This document shows positions 10,230 through 20,548 of a DNA stretch of 64,000 bases, piece by piece; the first letter of the stretch is position 1; each line of letters begins with the position of its first letter. Both the position numbers and the translations under genes were made by a program. The stretch lies in NCBI GenBank assembly GCA_965262915.1, contig OZ253564.1:4352001-4416000 (forward strand), read 5' to 3'. The notes below the pieces were generated by a model that saw nothing but the letters and a program-made list of their open reading frames with translations, was not told the origin of the DNA and made no database searches. Source of the stretch: Candidatus Spongiisociaceae bacterium. Lineage in GTDB: Bacteria; Actinomycetota; Acidimicrobiia; Spongiisociales; Spongiisociaceae.

Positions 10230-11083
10230 AGGTGCCTGACCATGTTGCCCTCTTGGCGCACGAAGCTGACGACCCCGCCCAGCCCGATCACCATCGTCCA
10301 GACCAGGGCCGGGATGAACGCCGCGACATCGAGTTCCCGACCCATCAACGCCATGCGGTAGAACGACAGGATCCCGAACATGGGGTTGAGAGGGGCGATC
10401 TGCTCGATCCATTGCCCCTGACCCTCGACGAAGCTAAGAGGCCAGATGATCGGGGAGAGGTAGAGCCACAGCCTGTTCAGGTGCGGGATAAGGTTGTTGA
10501 TGTCCCTGAACGGGATGGCCAGCCGGGCGATCCACCCCGCCAGACCGAGGTTGAACAGGGTATGGAGGCCGATGGCAACCGGTAACCACACGATGCTGGC
10601 TCCGGGTCGGACCCCGTTGGCCGGCCAGACGATGACGTAATAGACGGGGATCGACAGAGCGAACCCGATACCGGTTTCGATGATCGCCGACATCGGCAGC
10701 ACCAATCGGGGAAAGCGGATGTTCACGAGGAGTCTCCGGTTGGCCAGGATGCTGTTGGCGCCCGATGTCATGGCGGTCGCCGTGTAGTTGAACACGAACA
10801 CCCCGGAGAGGAGCCAGGCTATGAAGTCGGCGTCGCCCCTTCGCCCTTCGAAGATGACCCCGAAAACCAGGAAGTAGACCGCCGCCATGATCAAAGGGTT
10901 CAACACCCACCAGAAGAACCCCAGCGAGGTGGACGCGTTACGGGCCTTCAGATTCCCCATCGCCAGGAACCAGCCGAACTCGCGCCACTGCCACAGATTG
11001 CGCAAGTAGGTACGCCATCCGGACAGGCTCGGGGCTTCGCTGGCGGTAATAGTGGGCACGACAGCCGATTCTACGGCCACCAT
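10226..11083 (-). CDS. Polysaccharide ABC exporter permease (Wzm/TagG-like)
   Basis: LGFFWWVLNPL, LNPM motifs; GGAGG RBS. Confidence 0.9.
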   Translation of the reverse strand: MVAVESAVVPTITASEAPSLSGWRTYLRNLWQWREFGWFLAMGNLKARNASTSLGFFWWVLNPLIMAAVYFLVFGVIFEGRRGDADFIAWLLSGVFVFNYTATAMTSGANSILANRRLLVNIRFPRLVLPMSAIIETGIGFALSIPVYYVIVWPANGVRPGASIVWLPVAIGLHTLFNLGLAGWIARLAIPFRDINNLIPHLNRLWLYLSPIIWPLSFVEGQGQWIEQIAPLNPMFGILSFYRMALMGRELDVAAFIPALVWTMVIGLGGVVSFVRQEGNMVRHL

Positions 11084-11181
11084 TCCTCCTTGGCGGCATT
11101 CAGCCGATCCGGTCACACCGGTGACTGTCCTGCGTACACCACCCACGTTCGGTTGTTCCCTCCGTGGTGTGCTGGCATACC

Positions 11182-11615
11182 ATGCGCCGTACCACCGTCA
11201 AACTCCCCGACCGCGTCGATGCCGTACTGAGGCACGAGGCGCACCGTCGCGGGATCACCATCTCGGAACTCACCCGCGAGGCCATCGAAGCCCACTTGGG
11301 GCTGCCCGACCGGCGACTCGGGGCAGCCAGCGCCGGCCGTAGCGGGAGGAGCGACATCTCGATGCGGAAGCAGAGGTCCGATTCCTCGGAGATCTGGCGA
11401 CGGGCGAACTCACGGTCGAACCCGTCGGAGCGAGTGACTGGCTCCGTATTGCCGAACTCGTGTACCGGTACCGGGACCTATCGCTCGGAACGGTGGATGC
11501 GTCTGTCGTCGCGACCGCCGAGCGTCTGGATGTGACCACGATCATGACGCTTGACCGGCGGCACTTCTCGATCGTCCGGCCCTCTCATACACCGAGGTTC
11601 GAGATCCTTCCGTAG
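11182..11615 (+). pseudogene. Deleted vapBC pair: RHH antitoxin joined out of frame to the 3' half of a PIN toxin
   Basis: MRRTTVKLPD..ISELTREAIEAHL, then in another frame LGTVDASVVATAERL..TLDRRHF..EILP*; PIN N-terminus missing. Confidence 0.75.
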
Positions 11616-11616
11616 G

Positions 11617-11712
11617 AAGGTGCTGCAAAACGGTGCTGAGCAACGGCCCGTCTTCCTCTGAACAGGCATTGTGTCATCGGTCGACGGGCCGTGAAGGGGT
11701 TTTGCACCACCC
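11617..11712. mobile_element. MITE, second copy at 24188-24281
   Basis: TIR GGTGCTGCAAAAC / GTTTTGCACCACC; similar reverse-complement copy next to gdhA. Confidence 0.7.
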
Positions 11713-11735
11713 ACCTAGCGAGGCTGAGTGGCCTG

Positions 11736-13709
11736 TCAGGCGCCCTCGAGCCAGGTGGCCAAGCGCTCGGCCACCGCCGGGCCCGTGAGGCCCAGTTCCT
11801 CGGCGATCCGCCCCGCGGGTGCGGACGCCCCGAAGCGGTCGATGCCGATCGTGAGGCCGCCGGATCCGGCGAACCTCGACCAGCCGTAGGTCGAGGCAGC
11901 CTCCAAGGTGGCGACCGCCATGCCCTCGCCCAGCACCTCCCGGCGGTATCCGTCCGGTTGCTCCAGGAACAACTCCACGCACGGCATGCTCACAACCCGG
12001 ATGGAGTGGGAATCCGCGAGGATTCCGGCCGCCTCCAAGGCAACCGAGACCTCCGAACCGGTGGCGACCACCACGGCATCGGTCCCATCCGCCAGTACGT
12101 ACCCGCCGCGGGCCACGCCGCCCTCCCGGCCGGACCGGTCCAGGACCGGCACGCTCTGGCGGGTCCCCAGGATGATCGCCGGGTGGCGCTGGTTGAGCAC
12201 CGTCTCCCACGTCTCGACCATCTCGCCCGCGTCGGCCGGGCGGAACACCGCCATGTTGGGCATGGCCCGCATCGAGGCCAGGTGCTCGATGGGCTGGTGA
12301 GTGGGACCGTCCTCTCCGAGAAACACCGACTCGTGGGTGAAGACCCAGATCGCGGGGATGTCCATGAGGGCCGAAAGCCGTATCGCCGGACGCATGTAGT
12401 CGCTGAACACGAAGAAGGTGGCGCCGTACGGCCGCAGACCACCGTGGAGAGCCATACCGTTGACCACCGTGCCCATCGCATGTTCCCGAACCCCGAAGTG
12501 CATGTTGCGGCCGCAACGATTGTCACGGGAGAAGCTCCCGCCCGCCGACAGGATGGTCTTGGTCGACTCGACCAGGTCGGCGGAGCCGCCGATCAACCCG
12601 GGAACCTTCTCGCCTATCTCGTCGAAGATCGCCCCCATGGCCCGCCGGGTGGCCAACCCGGCGCCCACCTCGAAACCCGGGCCTTCCAACTCGACCGGCG
12701 CCGGATCGAAGTAGGCAGACCAGCGGGCGGCCAGGTCGGGGCTCGCCCCGGTCGCGGCGTCGAGTCTCCGCTCCCAGGACGAACGGGCTTCGCGACCCCG
12801 ATCCATCCCGGAGGCGAAGAACTCCCGCACCCCGTCGGGGACATGGAAGTCCTGATCCGGCCATCCGACCCCCCTACGCCACCCGGCGATCTCGCTCGCC
12901 CCGAGGGGCGCTCCGTGGGCAGCGGAGGTGTCCTGCTTGCTGGGGGCGCCCTTACCGATGTGGGTACGAGCGATGATGAGCGATGGTCGCCCGGTCTCAC
13001 GGCAGGCGGCGCCGAGAGCAGTATCGATCGCCTCGGGATCGTGCCCGTCGACTTCCAGGGTGTGCCATCCCACTGCCCGGAAGCGAGCGGCCACTCCCTC
13101 GCTGAAGGTCAGGTCGGTGGGACCGTCGATGGAGATACGGTTGTCGTCGTAGACGTAGTTGAGCTTGCCGAGACCCAGATGGCCGGCCACCGAAGCGGTC
13201 TCGGCCGAGATTCCCTCCATCAGGTCGCCGTCGGAGACGAAGGCCCACGTGCGATGGTTCACCAAGTCGTCGCCGAACACCGAGTTGAGGTGGGCTTCGG
13301 CGATCGCCATTCCCACGGCGGCGCCGAATCCCTGCCCGAGGGGTCCGGTGGTCATCTCTATCCCCAGATGAGGCTCGTACTCGGGGTGCCCGGCCGTCGG
13401 CGACCCCCACTGGCGGAAGTTGACCAGGTCCTCCATCGAGACCGGGAACCCACACAGATGCAGGACCGAATAGAGCAGCATCGAACCGTGCCCGTTCGAC
13501 AGCACGAAGCGGTCCCGGTCCGGCCACCGTGGATGGTCGGGATCCACTACCAGGTGACGGGTCCACAGAACCGTGGCCAGGTCGGCCATGCCCATCGGCA
13601 TTCCCGGATGGCCCGAATTGGCCCGCTGGACTGCGTCCATCGCCAGAGCGCGGATCGTATGCGCAGCTGCCTGATGCCCCTCTCGGTTGATCGGCGTTGG
13701 GTTGGACAC
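11736..13709 (-). CDS. tkt: Transketolase
   Basis: [45 protein letters not shown]. Confidence 0.97.
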   Translation of the reverse strand: MSNPTPINREGHQAAAHTIRALAMDAVQRANSGHPGMPMGMADLATVLWTRHLVVDPDHPRWPDRDRFVLSNGHGSMLLYSVLHLCGFPVSMEDLVNFRQWGSPTAGHPEYEPHLGIEMTTGPLGQGFGAAVGMAIAEAHLNSVFGDDLVNHRTWAFVSDGDLMEGISAETASVAGHLGLGKLNYVYDDNRISIDGPTDLTFSEGVAARFRAVGWHTLEVDGHDPEAIDTALGAACRETGRPSLIIARTHIGKGAPSKQDTSAAHGAPLGASEIAGWRRGVGWPDQDFHVPDGVREFFASGMDRGREARSSWERRLDAATGASPDLAARWSAYFDPAPVELEGPGFEVGAGLATRRAMGAIFDEIGEKVPGLIGGSADLVESTKTILSAGGSFSRDNRCGRNMHFGVREHAMGTVVNGMALHGGLRPYGATFFVFSDYMRPAIRLSALMDIPAIWVFTHESVFLGEDGPTHQPIEHLASMRAMPNMAVFRPADAGEMVETWETVLNQRHPAIILGTRQSVPVLDRSGREGGVARGGYVLADGTDAVVVATGSEVSVALEAAGILADSHSIRVVSMPCVELFLEQPDGYRREVLGEGMAVATLEAASTYGWSRFAGSGGLTIGIDRFGASAPAGRIAEELGLTGPAVAERLATWLEGA

Positions 13710-13712
13710 CGT

Positions 13713-14435
13713 CTACGCGCCCGCGGCCAGGGCCTGGAGCATGGAACCCATGACTTCAGGGGCTATGCCCCCACTGATCCGCCGCACGACCCTACCGGAC
13801 CCGTCCAAGAGGACGTAATAGGGGTACGCGTTCAGACCGAAGGCGTTGGAGATGCTGTCGGCGGCACTGTCCACCACCACCCGCGGGGTCCATCCCTCGC
13901 GTTCCAGCCAGACGTCGGGCGGGTAGTTGGGCCGGATCTCGTTGATCGCGGTCGCGACCGACACGAAATCCACCCCGGGAGGGATGCCGTTCTCGTTGAT
14001 CCATGCCTGCACCGCCGGCACCTCACTCTGGCAGTGCTGGCACCAGTGGGCCAGGAACACGATGATCTTGGGGATGCCGTCGTGCTGTATGGAAGCCGGC
14101 TGCCCCGAGAAGTCGAAGGACGACACCTCGGGCGCCGGCAGACCGGCTGCGGAGTCGCTGACCGTATTGTCGTAGCGAGGCAGGATGGGTCCGGTAACCG
14201 TCACGTCGGGGAGCAGCAGAGCCTCTCGTTCCGGTTCACGCTCCTCCTCGCCGGCCAGCGTGATCCCGAGTACCACCACCGCCACCAGCGCCACCAGACC
14301 TGCACCCGCCAGGAGGATCTTCTTGCCGAGCCCCGAAGGTCGGTCCTCGGATGTGGGAAGGGTGGGTCTGACGGGTGCAGGCTTGGCCGATGGCCGCACC
14401 TTGGGGTCCCCGCGCTTACCCTCGGTCCTTGCCAT
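13713..14435 (-). CDS. Membrane-anchored TlpA/thioredoxin-like oxidoreductase
   Basis: N-terminal TM, WCQHC, YP cis-Pro. Confidence 0.85.
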   Translation of the reverse strand: MARTEGKRGDPKVRPSAKPAPVRPTLPTSEDRPSGLGKKILLAGAGLVALVAVVVLGITLAGEEEREPEREALLLPDVTVTGPILPRYDNTVSDSAAGLPAPEVSSFDFSGQPASIQHDGIPKIIVFLAHWCQHCQSEVPAVQAWINENGIPPGVDFVSVATAINEIRPNYPPDVWLEREGWTPRVVVDSAADSISNAFGLNAYPYYVLLDGSGRVVRRISGGIAPEVMGSMLQALAAGA

Positions 14436-14444
14436 GGGCTACTC

Positions 14445-14987
14445 CTATGTTCGACCTGTGTACGACGGTTCCCCGAGCATCCGCAGACCCGCCAGCAGGG
14501 CGATCATCAGGAACCCGGTGAACGCCATGAAGGGTATCGACATGAAACCGAATTGCTCAACCCAGACGTAGGTGCAGGGCGCGGCCGCGTCGCAGAACTG
14601 CTCGGATCCGCCCACCCAACCCCGCTGCTCCGCGTAGTGGTAGGCGGCGACCAAGCCGCCCACCGACGAGAGCGCCAGAGCGATCTGCGCCACCCCGCGA
14701 AACGGCTTCCACGCAGCCACGATCAGCAGGACGGCGAGTGGATACATCAAGCCCCTCTGAACCCAGCACAGAAGGCACGGGACGAAACCCTCCACCTCGG
14801 ACAGGTAGAGCGACCCGAAGGTCGCGACCGCGGCAACCGTTGCTGCCACCGGCAAGGCATACGGACCCAGTTCCAGAGAGGCGGCAGCCCGGTAGCGGGA
14901 GCTGACGAGCGTGATCGCCAAGCCCACGGATGCCGCTAGAGCCAGCAGGCTCAGCAGTGAGAAGAGCAGGACCATGAGAGCGACCAC
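14445..14987 (-). CDS. Disulfide bond formation protein (DsbB/BdbC-like)
   Basis: SLYLSE..PCLLCWVQR..YPL, second Cys pair, SIPFMA. Confidence 0.9.
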   Translation of the reverse strand: MVALMVLLFSLLSLLALAASVGLAITLVSSRYRAAASLELGPYALPVAATVAAVATFGSLYLSEVEGFVPCLLCWVQRGLMYPLAVLLIVAAWKPFRGVAQIALALSSVGGLVAAYHYAEQRGWVGGSEQFCDAAAPCTYVWVEQFGFMSIPFMAFTGFLMIALLAGLRMLGEPSYTGRT

Positions 14988-15286
14988 CGATTGAGACGAT
15001 TCTGGACAGCGATCTTAGACCGCCGGCAGGAGAATCTCCGACCGCAGAGGGAGGACCGCTCCATTGCTTGTCGAGCCGCTCAGGCTCCGGGTGAATCTGG
15101 TAGCCGGTATTTGCGGGCCGCATTGCCGTTCGCGTGGGTAGTCAGAACTCCGGATACAGATCCTCGTGCGAGGTGTCGGCTGCCGTGTAGTCGGGTCCGT
15201 AGTTCCGAAAGTACGGAAGAGTTCTGGACTATATAACTGTTTGAAAAGGTTTCTGCTGGTTTATATCACACACCCGCAGTACAATA

Positions 15287-15300
15287 CGAACATATGTACG
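15287..15300. promoter_or_regulatory. LexA (SOS) box
   Basis: CGAAC-ATAT-GTACG, one mismatch to actinobacterial CGAAC-N4-GTTCG, upstream of the HNH gene. Confidence 0.65.
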
Positions 15301-15356
15301 AATACCTACTCGACTACCCGGACCACGACACGGTCCAGCCCAGCTTCCTGAACGGC

Positions 15357-16655
15357 ATGGAAACCAACCGGTCACACGACATGTTCATGAGCGGCTACCA
15401 GAAGCAGCGACAACGGGTGTACGACCGGGCCCATCACATGGTGGGGAGCGGGGGCTATTTGCATGCGGATGTGGAGGACGCCAAAGCAGAAGCCGGCCTC
15501 GTCCGAGCCGAGGCCCAGGTCAGCAGGGCCAGAGGCGACCAGCTCGGTTGGGTCAAGCACATGCTGCGGCGCGGGAGTACAGCAAGGTTGGGGTATCGCA
15601 ATCCGGTGGAACTGGTCGCTTCCCGTCTCGATATGGAGCGTTCCACGGCTCGTGCTCTGGTGTATCTGGCCGAACGGTTGGGAGACGACCAGATCGAGGG
15701 GATCCGAAACGGCGCTGTTGCCTACGTGCGGGCGCTGGAGGAGACCCGCCTGGCCGAAGCGGGCGCCTCGGCTGAAGTGATCGCCCGTAGCCGGGATATG
15801 GATCTCGAGTCGGTGAAACGGATCCTCCAAGCCCACCGCAAGATGAGCCGGGCCGACGAGCGACGGGTGTTCGAGGGCCAGTATGTGGCGTTCCAGCCTT
15901 CCCTGGACGGCAGCCACGTGCGGCTGAACGGACAACTCGGCGCTCTGGAGGCGGAGATATGCCGCCAGGGTCTCGACCGCAGAGGTGAGAAGCTGATACC
16001 GGCGGGTGAGGCCCGTCCCGATGCTGGACTGCGCAGGGCGTTGGCGCTCACCACCCTGTGCCAGGACGAACTCGACCGCAATCCCAAACCCGCTAACACA
16101 ACCGCGGAACGGATACGGTCGGCCCGCAACCGGCGCGAACCCCTCCTCATGGTCGTCGCCCACCAGCCCCTCGCCGAAGCATCGGGCTTCGAACAGGGCA
16201 CCGCCGTGCTCGCCGGAGCAAGGGTAGGACCCGATGTCGTGGACCTCATCGGATGCGTGGGCCGCACCGAGGCCATCACCGCACAAGGACCCGACATCGT
16301 CCACCACGGCGCCGCCACCGGCATCCGGCCGGCGCTGCGGCGGGCCGTGCTCGCCCGAGACGACGGTTGCACCATCGACGGATGCACCTCCACGTACCGT
16401 CTCGAGGTGCACCACATCGTGCCGAGATCCCAAGGCGGCGACCACTCACCTGAGAATCTCACCGCCCTGTGCTGGTGGCACCACCACGTCGCCGTACACC
16501 GCCGAGGCATGCGTATCGATCCCCAATCACCACCCCGGCGACGACGCCTGTTGCCACAGAGGCGCTCCTGCGGTTACCGGCCACCCGACCCAGACCCCCA
16601 CACCCTCGCCATATTCCGAGCCCTGCACGCACCCACCAACCGCGCTCCGCCCTGA
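15357..16655 (+). CDS. HNH endonuclease, DUF222/13E12-like
   Basis: RRAVLARDDGC..GC..EVHH..GG..ENL..LCWWHH..H; start uncertain (15294/15357/15381). Confidence 0.85.
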   Translation: METNRSHDMFMSGYQKQRQRVYDRAHHMVGSGGYLHADVEDAKAEAGLVRAEAQVSRARGDQLGWVKHMLRRGSTARLGYRNPVELVASRLDMERSTARALVYLAERLGDDQIEGIRNGAVAYVRALEETRLAEAGASAEVIARSRDMDLESVKRILQAHRKMSRADERRVFEGQYVAFQPSLDGSHVRLNGQLGALEAEICRQGLDRRGEKLIPAGEARPDAGLRRALALTTLCQDELDRNPKPANTTAERIRSARNRREPLLMVVAHQPLAEASGFEQGTAVLAGARVGPDVVDLIGCVGRTEAITAQGPDIVHHGAATGIRPALRRAVLARDDGCTIDGCTSTYRLEVHHIVPRSQGGDHSPENLTALCWWHHHVAVHRRGMRIDPQSPPRRRRLLPQRRSCGYRPPDPDPHTLAIFRALHAPTNRAPP

Positions 16656-17029
16656 TCCGGCACGCCACCGGCTGCCCTGCCCACATCAGTTGACCGACCG
16701 CGTACAACACCCGAACAGATCCCAGAGCAGGACCAACCACCGGGGCCATCCCCGGTGAGTGTCGAGAGCCGGGCCGATCCCTATGCCCCGTCTGGGAGGG
16801 GTGCGATCATCTGGCGGTCGACGATCTGACCTGCGGCCATGTGGATCCTTTCATCCCCTCCCCCGAATCATGTCCGGGTCGGTGGGTGATCCCTTTCGAT
16901 AGACCTCAGCAGTTGGGGTGGGTGTTGGGATGTCCGTCGAGGATGCTGTCGTTCTTGTTACCTCGGACGCGGCTACGGGTGGGCCGGTGGAGGAATACCG
17001 TATCTGGTTGGTTGACCGGGCTACCCCGT

Positions 17030-17175
17030 AGGAGCCAGTACCTGCCCATCCGCTACACCAACCGCATCACCCAGCCCGGTATCCGACCCTCGGTCGGATC
17101 CGTAGGCAATTCATATGCCAACGCGCCCGCCGAGTCGGTCATCGGCCTGCACAAGACTGAACTCATCCACCGAGA
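17030..17175 (+). pseudogene. IS3-family transposase remnant
   Basis: SQY..IRYT..GIRPSVGSVGNSYANAPAESVIGLHKTELI. Confidence 0.75.
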
Positions 17176-17301
17176 ACGTCTGCCGACCGAGCACCGTCCT
17201 GGGAGGCTGGTGCTTAATGGGGTTTCTTTGCGATGCAAATACCTCTGACCAGGGGGTGTGCCATCTCGAAATCGGAGATTGAGGCCTTTTCGACCAGTCT
17301 C

Positions 17302-17670
17302 CTAGGACGTTTGCGGTGCCTGGTGGGCTTGGAGTTCGGCCAGGCTCGCCCATTCGAGAGTGCGGGCATGGGTAGCCTCCAGCACCACGTCCGGAGCCAT
17401 GCCCGCTTCCTTCGCCTCGACCCAGCGGGCCGCGCACAGGCACCAGCGGTCGCCAGCTTTGAGACCCGGAAAGCGGAAGGCCGGCACCGGGGTGGAAAGA
17501 TCGTTGCCCACCGACCGGGAGAACTCGAGAAACTCGTCGGTGACCACCACGCATACGGTGTGCACACCGTAGTCGCGAGCGTCCGTGTTGCAGCACCCGT
17601 CCCGTGACCAGCCGGTCAGCGGATCCAGCGAACACGCCTTCAGTTCACTACCCAAAACGTTATGCGCCAT
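17302..17670 (-). CDS. DUF2237 family protein
   Basis: NVLG..CS.DPLTG..RDGCC, GNDLSTP, GDRWCLCAARW. Confidence 0.85.
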   Translation of the reverse strand: MAHNVLGSELKACSLDPLTGWSRDGCCNTDARDYGVHTVCVVVTDEFLEFSRSVGNDLSTPVPAFRFPGLKAGDRWCLCAARWVEAKEAGMAPDVVLEATHARTLEWASLAELQAHQAPQTS

Positions 17671-17845
17671 GGCTGCATTGAACCACATCCGGAGCAGTCT
17701 GTGGTCGTGAGCCGTGTCCAGTGGTTCGAGGGCCCGTAACCCGCGAGCCGTGAGCCACGCCCAGCATCGTGCTTATGCCAAGCTTCTATTACTGGATATA
17801 CCAATAACTATTGACCATCGGCTACTGGACACCAGCCACCGACGC

Positions 17846-18220
17846 TCAGAAGCTCTGGCCGAAGCTCGATATGCCGCGCAGACCGAGACCCATCATGAAC
17901 AGGAGAGCCAAGCCCCAGTAGAGGGCCGGGCGGCGCTGGAACTGCGCCCTGTATATGTAGATGAAGGTCAGGGTCAGCAGGATCACGATGCCGTAGAACA
18001 TGTGGATGCTGCCCGGCTCCAGATCCCGGGCGAAGAGCAGCAGGCCCAGTCCTACCTGAACCATCATCGAGAGGACCGACAGGGTCACCAGGGCCTTGAA
18101 CACCCGGTCGGGCCGGCGGCGGAAGAAGTGATACAGAAGCGCCGCCGCCCCCGAGGCACCACAAACGCCGATGGCCGTCCATCCCAGCCACATGTGGAGA
18201 GGCACCGCCAGATCAGTCAC
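17846..18220 (-). CDS. Small membrane protein
   Basis: Four hydrophobic segments, HMFYG motif. Confidence 0.7.
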   Translation of the reverse strand: MTDLAVPLHMWLGWTAIGVCGASGAAALLYHFFRRRPDRVFKALVTLSVLSMMVQVGLGLLLFARDLEPGSIHMFYGIVILLTLTFIYIYRAQFQRRPALYWGLALLFMMGLGLRGISSFGQSF

Positions 18221-18243
18221 ACGGGCGTCCCACTAACCGACCG

Positions 18244-18828
18244 TCATCGACGGGACCCGCGGCCCGCCATCTCCGATCGAGCCACCTCCGTCAGCACGTC
18301 GGTGAGACCGGCCACCGCGGACGGGTCCAGCCGCAGGTTGCGGCCGATCTCGATCTGCACGCCCCCTTCGGACGGGAGGTTGACGGGATTGAGAGGATGC
18401 TCGCCTCTGAGATGTCGCGGGATACGCTCCATGTCATCGATCACCCGGAAACCGGCGCTCCGCAACTTCCAGCCTACCCGCCCGGCCAAGGACCGGTTAC
18501 CTCCGCCCAACGCCACCTTGTCGTTGAGGCGCGCCAGGTTCATCCCGTGCAGCGAGAGCACCATGGTGGAGCGAGACAGGAAGGCGTCGAGGAGCCTCGA
18601 CTCGGTCCGGTCGTACCTGACCGATGTCAGGTGACCATCCGGTTCCCTCCACTCCGGTTGCACCACCGCGTACAGGCTGGCCCCGCTGGCGAGAGCGGCC
18701 GCCTCGCCGATCTCATAGGTGGACGGCTCTATGCCGCCGTGCAGGGCCATGAAACCGAAGGCGGCTTCGATGCCGGCCACTTCCCGGACAGCCGGGTGTC
18801 GGAGCAGTTCACGCAACGACCGGGGCAT
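18244..18828 (-). CDS. Poly-gamma-glutamate hydrolase-like (DUF867) protein
   Basis: HGGIEPST, HLTS, SLHG, NPVN..GVQIEI. Confidence 0.75.
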   Translation of the reverse strand: MPRSLRELLRHPAVREVAGIEAAFGFMALHGGIEPSTYEIGEAAALASGASLYAVVQPEWREPDGHLTSVRYDRTESRLLDAFLSRSTMVLSLHGMNLARLNDKVALGGGNRSLAGRVGWKLRSAGFRVIDDMERIPRHLRGEHPLNPVNLPSEGGVQIEIGRNLRLDPSAVAGLTDVLTEVARSEMAGRGSRR

Positions 18829-18832
18829 CCGC

Positions 18833-20446
18833 TCAACCCGGGAGCCTGTCCGAGTACCGGTCCCGCATGACCTTCTTGTCGAACTTCCCGGTGCTGGTCT
18901 TGGGAACCTCGTCCACGAACAGGTAGTCATCCGGCAGCCACCAACCGGGGACCTTACCGGACAGATGGTCCGACAACTCCTCCGCCGTAACCTGCTGACC
19001 CGGATGCGGCACCACCACCGCCAGGGGCCTCTCCTGCCACTTGGGGTGGGTCACACCCACGACTGCCGCCTCGGCCACCGCGGGATGTCCCATGATGATG
19101 TTCTCGATGTCGATCGAGGAGATCCACTCCCCGCCCGACTTGATCACGTCCTTGGATCGGTCGGTTATGCGGATGTAACCCTCCGGGGTGATCTTGCAGA
19201 CGTCCCCGGTTCGCAACCAGCCGTCCACCATCGTGTCGCTGCTTCGAGCATCCCGGATGTATTCGGCGGCGACCCATGGTCCCTGGATGAGCAACTCCCC
19301 GAATGCCTCGCCGTCCTGGGGTAGCTCGTTTCCGTCGTCGTCCACGATCCTGACCCGCAGACCGGGGATCGGCAACCCGGCTGTCTCGAGGAAGTCGAGC
19401 CGGCGTTCCCAGTTCCATGACTCCATATCGGGTCGGAGGTCGGCGATCGCCGCTACCGGGTTGGTCTCGGTCATACCCCAGCCCTGGACCAGGTTGATAC
19501 GCCTGTGCCGCCAGAACCAGTCGATCAACCCTCGCGGCACCGCCGAGCCGCCACACAGGAGTGACCGGATCGACGAGGTGTCACGGTCCGGGTTTGCCTC
19601 CAGGTAGTGCTGGACCCCGAGCCATACGGTCGGGACCCCGGCCGAGAAGGTAACCCGTTCACCCTCGATGAGGCCGACCAGCGCCGCCGGGGACAGGTCG
19701 TGGCCGGGATAGGTGATTCCTGCGCCTGCGGCGGTGGCCATGAACGGATAACCCCAGGCGGCTGCATGGAACATCGGCACCACCGGCATGAAGTTATCCG
19801 ACGCGGCCAGAGGCTTGAAAGCCATGACGGAGATCGTGTGCATGTAGGTCGAGCGCTGCGTATAGGCGACACCCTTGGGATTTCCGGTGGTACCGGAGGT
19901 GTAGCAGTACATGTGGGGCGACCGCTCGTCCAAATCGAGCCACCGGTCCGCGGGCTCGGCATCAGCGATCAGGTCCTCGTAACCGATGGCGCCGGGCAGG
20001 GTTGTGGATGAGGGATCGCCGTCCAACAGGATCCAGTTGGTCACCTTGGGAAGATGAGCGGCTAGCGGCTCGACCATCTCGACCAGGCTTTCCTCCACGA
20101 AGACCGCCCGATCCCCCGCGTGGTCGACTATGTAGCGGATCTGCTCGGGGAACAGCCGAACGTTGACGGTGTGGCAGATCCGTCCGCTGTTCGCGGTGGC
20201 CCAGTAGATCTCGTGGTGACGATGGCTGTTCCAGGCCAGTGTCCCTACCGGCTCCCCGGCCTCGATTCCCAGCCGTTCCAAGGACGTGACCAGCTTCCGT
20301 ACCCGTAGGTCGGTCTGGCCGTAGGTGGTTCGGTGGAGTGACCCGTCGGGGGTGGCCGACACTATCTCGCGGTGAGGGTAGATCCGGACCGCCCGCTCGT
20401 AGAGCGTCGACAACAGCAGCGGGTAATCCTGCATGTGCGGCGGCAT
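18833..20446 (-). CDS. Fatty-acid--CoA ligase (AMP-binding)
   Basis: YTSGTTGNPKG, QGWGMTET, WLRTGD, KSGGEWISS. Confidence 0.92.
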   Translation of the reverse strand: MPPHMQDYPLLLSTLYERAVRIYPHREIVSATPDGSLHRTTYGQTDLRVRKLVTSLERLGIEAGEPVGTLAWNSHRHHEIYWATANSGRICHTVNVRLFPEQIRYIVDHAGDRAVFVEESLVEMVEPLAAHLPKVTNWILLDGDPSSTTLPGAIGYEDLIADAEPADRWLDLDERSPHMYCYTSGTTGNPKGVAYTQRSTYMHTISVMAFKPLAASDNFMPVVPMFHAAAWGYPFMATAAGAGITYPGHDLSPAALVGLIEGERVTFSAGVPTVWLGVQHYLEANPDRDTSSIRSLLCGGSAVPRGLIDWFWRHRRINLVQGWGMTETNPVAAIADLRPDMESWNWERRLDFLETAGLPIPGLRVRIVDDDGNELPQDGEAFGELLIQGPWVAAEYIRDARSSDTMVDGWLRTGDVCKITPEGYIRITDRSKDVIKSGGEWISSIDIENIIMGHPAVAEAAVVGVTHPKWQERPLAVVVPHPGQQVTAEELSDHLSGKVPGWWLPDDYLFVDEVPKTSTGKFDKKVMRDRYSDRLPG

Positions 20447-20548
20447 GAGCTTCTCCCAAGATCTATCGGGCAGGCTAGCGAGCCACTCCCGCGAACTCGC
20501 GGAGAGCGCCGGCTGTGCCCGGCCGGATGGGCGGGTTAGTCTTGGACG

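Noticed and set aside
11691-14939. 1082-aa + strand ORF
   Set aside because: Antisense shadow of tkt, TlpA and DsbB in high-GC DNA
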